NCBI GenBank assembly: GCA_030295235.1
Contig: AP026135.1
Span: 806,001-870,000, forward strand
Source: Fistulifera solaris
Lineage: Eukaryota
DNA length: 64,000 bases
Reading direction: 5' to 3'
Numbering within the stretch: position 1 is the stretch's first letter; every line of letters begins with the position of its first letter. The notes under the pieces are model-generated. The model did not search any database and was not told where the DNA came from. It worked only from the letters and a program-made list of their open reading frames with translations. A program made the translations under genes and the position numbers. Positions 60,404 through 64,000 of the stretch are shown in pieces.

Positions 60404-61159
60404 TAAATTCATAGAACATAGATTCAAAGCATGAAGCTGTTGCTTGTACTTAGAGACCTTCGTTTACGACTGATGGATGCTGTAGGCTATGCTCGTCATT
60501 TGGTAGAGAATCTATTTAGTTTATACTCCTGTAGCCCCAGACAAGGGGTGTCTTCTTTGAATACCGGTTGACAACATTCGACAGGACAGTCACGTGTCAC
60601 ACTCTAGTTTCGGATTTCGGTCCTTTTGCACTTGCAAACGAAGAAGTGGATCACGGATCGACGCTCAACGAAAATTCCAAAGATCTTGGACGCACACGAA
60701 GGCATTTCACGAAGATACACATTCACTTCTTTTGCTACAGTTATTCAATACGACATACGTGTCTACAGAAAAGCCTAATCAGTGCGACATCGGGTCGTCC
60801 ACCAATCGGACAAAAAGAACATGGCGAACCGAATTCTGCGGTGCACTTGCATGAAATGGGAAAAGTTCCGGAAAAATAGTTGCCGCCGATGAGAGATGCG
60901 AATACGATGATTCATGTCCGCGTTTCTACGCGGTACTCAGTATGTTTCTACGTAATCGGGTACGGTGAAACGTGGTCGGCTTCTCCTCTCCTCCCCCTTC
61001 CAAGAAAAAAAAAACAGTCTCGGACTTGCCGATTTCGACAGGTGAGCCCTCACATCATCACGAAACGTCGAAGATCGGTGGCTCAATTAACAAAGGGACA
61101 CTTTCATTAATCGGATAGCGTTGTTTGTAACCGGGAGTTCTTTATTCGCTTGATCTGCT

Positions 61160-62152
61160 ATGCTTCGAAATGTCATCCTCAAGGCTCCTCTCAACTTGGT
61201 GGGCCTGCAATCCTCACTATTTCTCCATTCGGGCGCATCGGTGAATGTGGTCTCGGCCTTACAACGAGCATGCTACTCGACATCTCCCAATGGTAACACA
61301 ACTCCACGATCTTCATGGGTAGGCAAAGGTGACCGAAAACGAGGTGTATGCAACTCTCGTCCGGCACGGCGGCATGTTGTGAATGGACGACACATTCCCC
61401 TTCATGTCAATGATTTGCACAAAGCGAACGAAGGCGGACGCTCCTACGAGAAAAAGAAGAAATACGATTCTGATTTGATCGTCGTACTAGACATGGACGA
61501 ATGTCTAATTCATGCGCAGTTTTTATCATCCCCTGCTCACGCTCGAGTATATGCACACCAACTACAACAACAACGTCGACAACAATCTCGGACGAATTCT
61601 ACTGTGTCTTGTCCGGGTGCCGTGGATTCTTTCCGTGTGACACTTCCGGATGGTGATTTAGTGCATGTTAACGTGCGACCTGGTCTCTTTGAATTCCTCG
61701 AGGCCGTCACTGATCGCTACGAAACGCACATTTTCACCGCCGCACTTCCCATCTACGCCGATCGCGTCATTGATCGGCTCGACCCGGATGGTACACGTAT
61801 CACGGGTCGGTGGTTCCGTGACTCATGCACCTACGATCCCCTGGTGGGACGTGGCGGCGGAGGCGGGGCTTACGTGAAGAATTTGGAAAAACTACCCTTT
61901 GATGACTTGTCGAGAGTCGTTTTGGTCGACAATAACCCGCTATCTTTTCTTTCCCATCCCGAAAATGGTATTTTGGTGAACAGTTTTTACACCGACCCGG
62001 AGGATGACGCTCTTCCGCAAGTTCTTGATCTCTTGAATGAGATTGACGAATATCCGGATGTCCGACCAATTTTAGCACCGCGCTTCGGACTCGAGGAGAG
62101 CCTACAACAGTATCTGTCATCGGAAAAGAGTCGAGCATTTAAGTGTGCTTGA
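61160..62152 (+). CDS. FCP1/SCP-like (NIF domain) HAD phosphatase
   Basis: Motifs VVLDMDECLIH, VRPGLFEFL, IFTAA..YADRVIDRLDP, FRDSC, YVKNL, VVLVDNNP and PENGI. Confidence 0.88.
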   Translation: MLRNVILKAPLNLVGLQSSLFLHSGASVNVVSALQRACYSTSPNGNTTPRSSWVGKGDRKRGVCNSRPARRHVVNGRHIPLHVNDLHKANEGGRSYEKKKKYDSDLIVVLDMDECLIHAQFLSSPAHARVYAHQLQQQRRQQSRTNSTVSCPGAVDSFRVTLPDGDLVHVNVRPGLFEFLEAVTDRYETHIFTAALPIYADRVIDRLDPDGTRITGRWFRDSCTYDPLVGRGGGGGAYVKNLEKLPFDDLSRVVLVDNNPLSFLSHPENGILVNSFYTDPEDDALPQVLDLLNEIDEYPDVRPILAPRFGLEESLQQYLSSEKSRAFKCA

Positions 62153-63112
62153 GCTGCCGTGACATTGTACATGATGCATCCTTTTATTACCGATCCTTGC
62201 CTTTTAATCACTCGCTCTTTATACTTCTAACCGCTTACATAATCATGTTTTTCATCAAACTATTGCGATTATAGAAATTGTCGATGCCATGAATCAAATG
62301 CAGTGTCACACGGCCAACAGGCAGCATCCATTCATTGTAATAGGCAACTGGTTGTTTATTGTAAATGATTCAAAACCTAGTCGGAGTGGACTATACGTAG
62401 TACAAGCAAAGCAGCTCAGTCGTAATGTAAAATGGAGGGGACCATTCGCCACACTAGGGCCTCTTGCGCCACAACTGCTTTCGAGCCTGACTCATACAAG
62501 TCTTTGTGAAATTGATAAACTAATAACACTTTTAAAAGCTTATCAGTTATCAGCAGTTCTTAGCACCGTTTGAATGCACGTCTTGGTACAAAGTATTTAC
62601 GAAGAAAATTCGTTGTTCCAAATCACTATAGACCCAAGTGTCTGCGACGTTTCACCACGACTACATTTCAGTCATGAATTATGATGTTGCCGATCCCGAC
62701 ATCTATTCATTCTTCGTTTCTTTGCAACATTGATAAGCAGTACTTGTTTATCACACGATGCGATCAACATCAGCAGCAGTTGTAATGCACGCCTTTCTCA
62801 CCAAGAAGAAATAAATGTGAGAACATCGTTGACTTTTTCCGGGACTGGCTCTATTTGATGAATACAGAAAGATTTCTGCCTTTTACATTCCACTCCACAG
62901 TAAATGTTGACAGACGACATACGGTGACGTCTTGCGTCTTTCCTTCCATCATTCGTTTTTTCCTGTTCGCGCGTTTTCTCGAAACTCTCGAAACCTCTTG
63001 GTCGCGAGATGGGGCTGGAACGAAGAACGTGCCATTTTCATTCGTTGGCGTAAAGTTCGAAGCAGAAGAATCGAAAGACACCAACCACACACACCTTATT
63101 TTATAATACAAA

Positions 63113-64000
63113 ATGGCGGATTTATTGAAAGAAGCGGCCAAGGTTATCGCCGAACCACAGCAGCAGGAAGATCTGACAATCGTGTCAGATTCGATCATCC
63201 CTTCGGACCCTGACATGACGTGTCGACGATCGGAAGGACAAGTTTGCATTTGTGATGCATGCGAAGCGACGCGAACGAGAATTATACATCGCATGAACAA
63301 AAAGAAAAGAGCAAAGGCAGTCAATGACGTGAAAGATGAGACATCTCTCGCGGTAGCCCCCGACCCTGCCGTTCAGGGCGAATCTCGTCTTGCGAAGAAA
63401 CGAAAGGAACCCGAGGAAGAGAAGGATGATGAAGCAGAACGTCTGTTAAAGATGACAGATGCTTGTAGAACAATACTACGATGCATCGGAGAGGATGAAA
63501 CTAGAGAAGGTCTTCTGAAGACTCCTCAACGATGGGCCAAGGCATTGATGTGTATGTGTTCCGGATACGGCATGGAGGCACAGGACGTCACGAATAACGC
63601 TGTATTCTCCGAAAATCACGACGAAATGGTGGTTGTTCGTGATATTGATATACATTCGTTGTGTGAGCACCACATGTTGCCATTCACAGGACGTGTGTCC
63701 ATTGGTTATATTCCCAACGGAAAAATATTGGGACTCAGTAAGCTAGCGCGTATCGCGGAGTTGTACGCCCGCAGATTACAAGTTCAGGAACGCTTGACTC
63801 GCCAGATTGCGGATGCTATTGTAGAAACGGTAGAGCCCCTGGGAGTGGCTGTTGTCGTGGAATGCACACATTTCTGCATGGTCATGCGGGGTGTTCAAAA
63901 AGTCGGCGCCGTCACCACCACATCGTCGGTCCGGGGTTGCTTTGAAAACAACGCCAAAACACGCGCCGAATTTTTCAGTATCATACAAGGGAATCGCATG
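63113..64000 (+). CDS. GCH1: GTP cyclohydrolase I (stop codon lies beyond the window end)
   Basis: My translation, not in the ORF track: [71 protein letters not shown] and TRAEFF. Confidence 0.96.
   Translation, partial: MADLLKEAAKVIAEPQQQEDLTIVSDSIIPSDPDMTCRRSEGQVCICDACEATRTRIIHRMNKKKRAKAVNDVKDETSLAVAPDPAVQGESRLAKKRKEPEEEKDDEAERLLKMTDACRTILRCIGEDETREGLLKTPQRWAKALMCMCSGYGMEAQDVTNNAVFSENHDEMVVVRDIDIHSLCEHHMLPFTGRVSIGYIPNGKILGLSKLARIAELYARRLQVQERLTRQIADAIVETVEPLGVAVVVECTHFCMVMRGVQKVGAVTTTSSVRGCFENNAKTRAEFFSIIQGNRM

Noticed and set aside
37529..64000. Functional clustering of GCH1 with the triple-fusion enzyme as a pterin gene cluster
   Set aside because: They lie about 23 kb apart with many unrelated genes between them. 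Nothing in the sequence supports co-regulation.

Overview
This is gene-dense eukaryotic nuclear DNA, most likely from a diatom. Introns are short GT-AG types (mostly about 60-90 bp), and several proteins have a signal peptide followed by an ASAFAP-like F/W residue, typical of secondary-plastid targeting. About 32 protein-coding genes and one tRNA-Asn(GTT) can be supported. They include a plastid MutS2-like protein, SRP receptor alpha, YKT6, CNNM/DUF21, homogentisate prenyltransferase, ITPase, PMM, RAD54, a DusA-type DUS, RPL12, PFK, a TauE/SafE protein, two RING-H2 paralogs, a membrane kinase, UGGT, a fibrillin-like protein, an FCP1/SCP phosphatase and GTP cyclohydrolase I. About 25 single-base frameshifts at short mononucleotide runs split many genes in the ORF track. 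They are most likely long-read consensus errors, so gene models here are corrected by eye. The best candidate for an undescribed system is an intronless triple fusion of a HAD phosphatase, a class I methyltransferase and an MDR dehydrogenase (37529-40414). From memory, its two C-terminal domains resemble neighbouring genes of an uncharacterised prokaryotic gene cluster. Also notable are a RAD54 carrying an inserted bromodomain plus two RanBP2 zinc fingers, and a recurrent GTAC/TACCGGTA motif upstream of many genes. No CRISPR array, rRNA or intact transposon was seen. All family calls come from motif recognition, not database searches.
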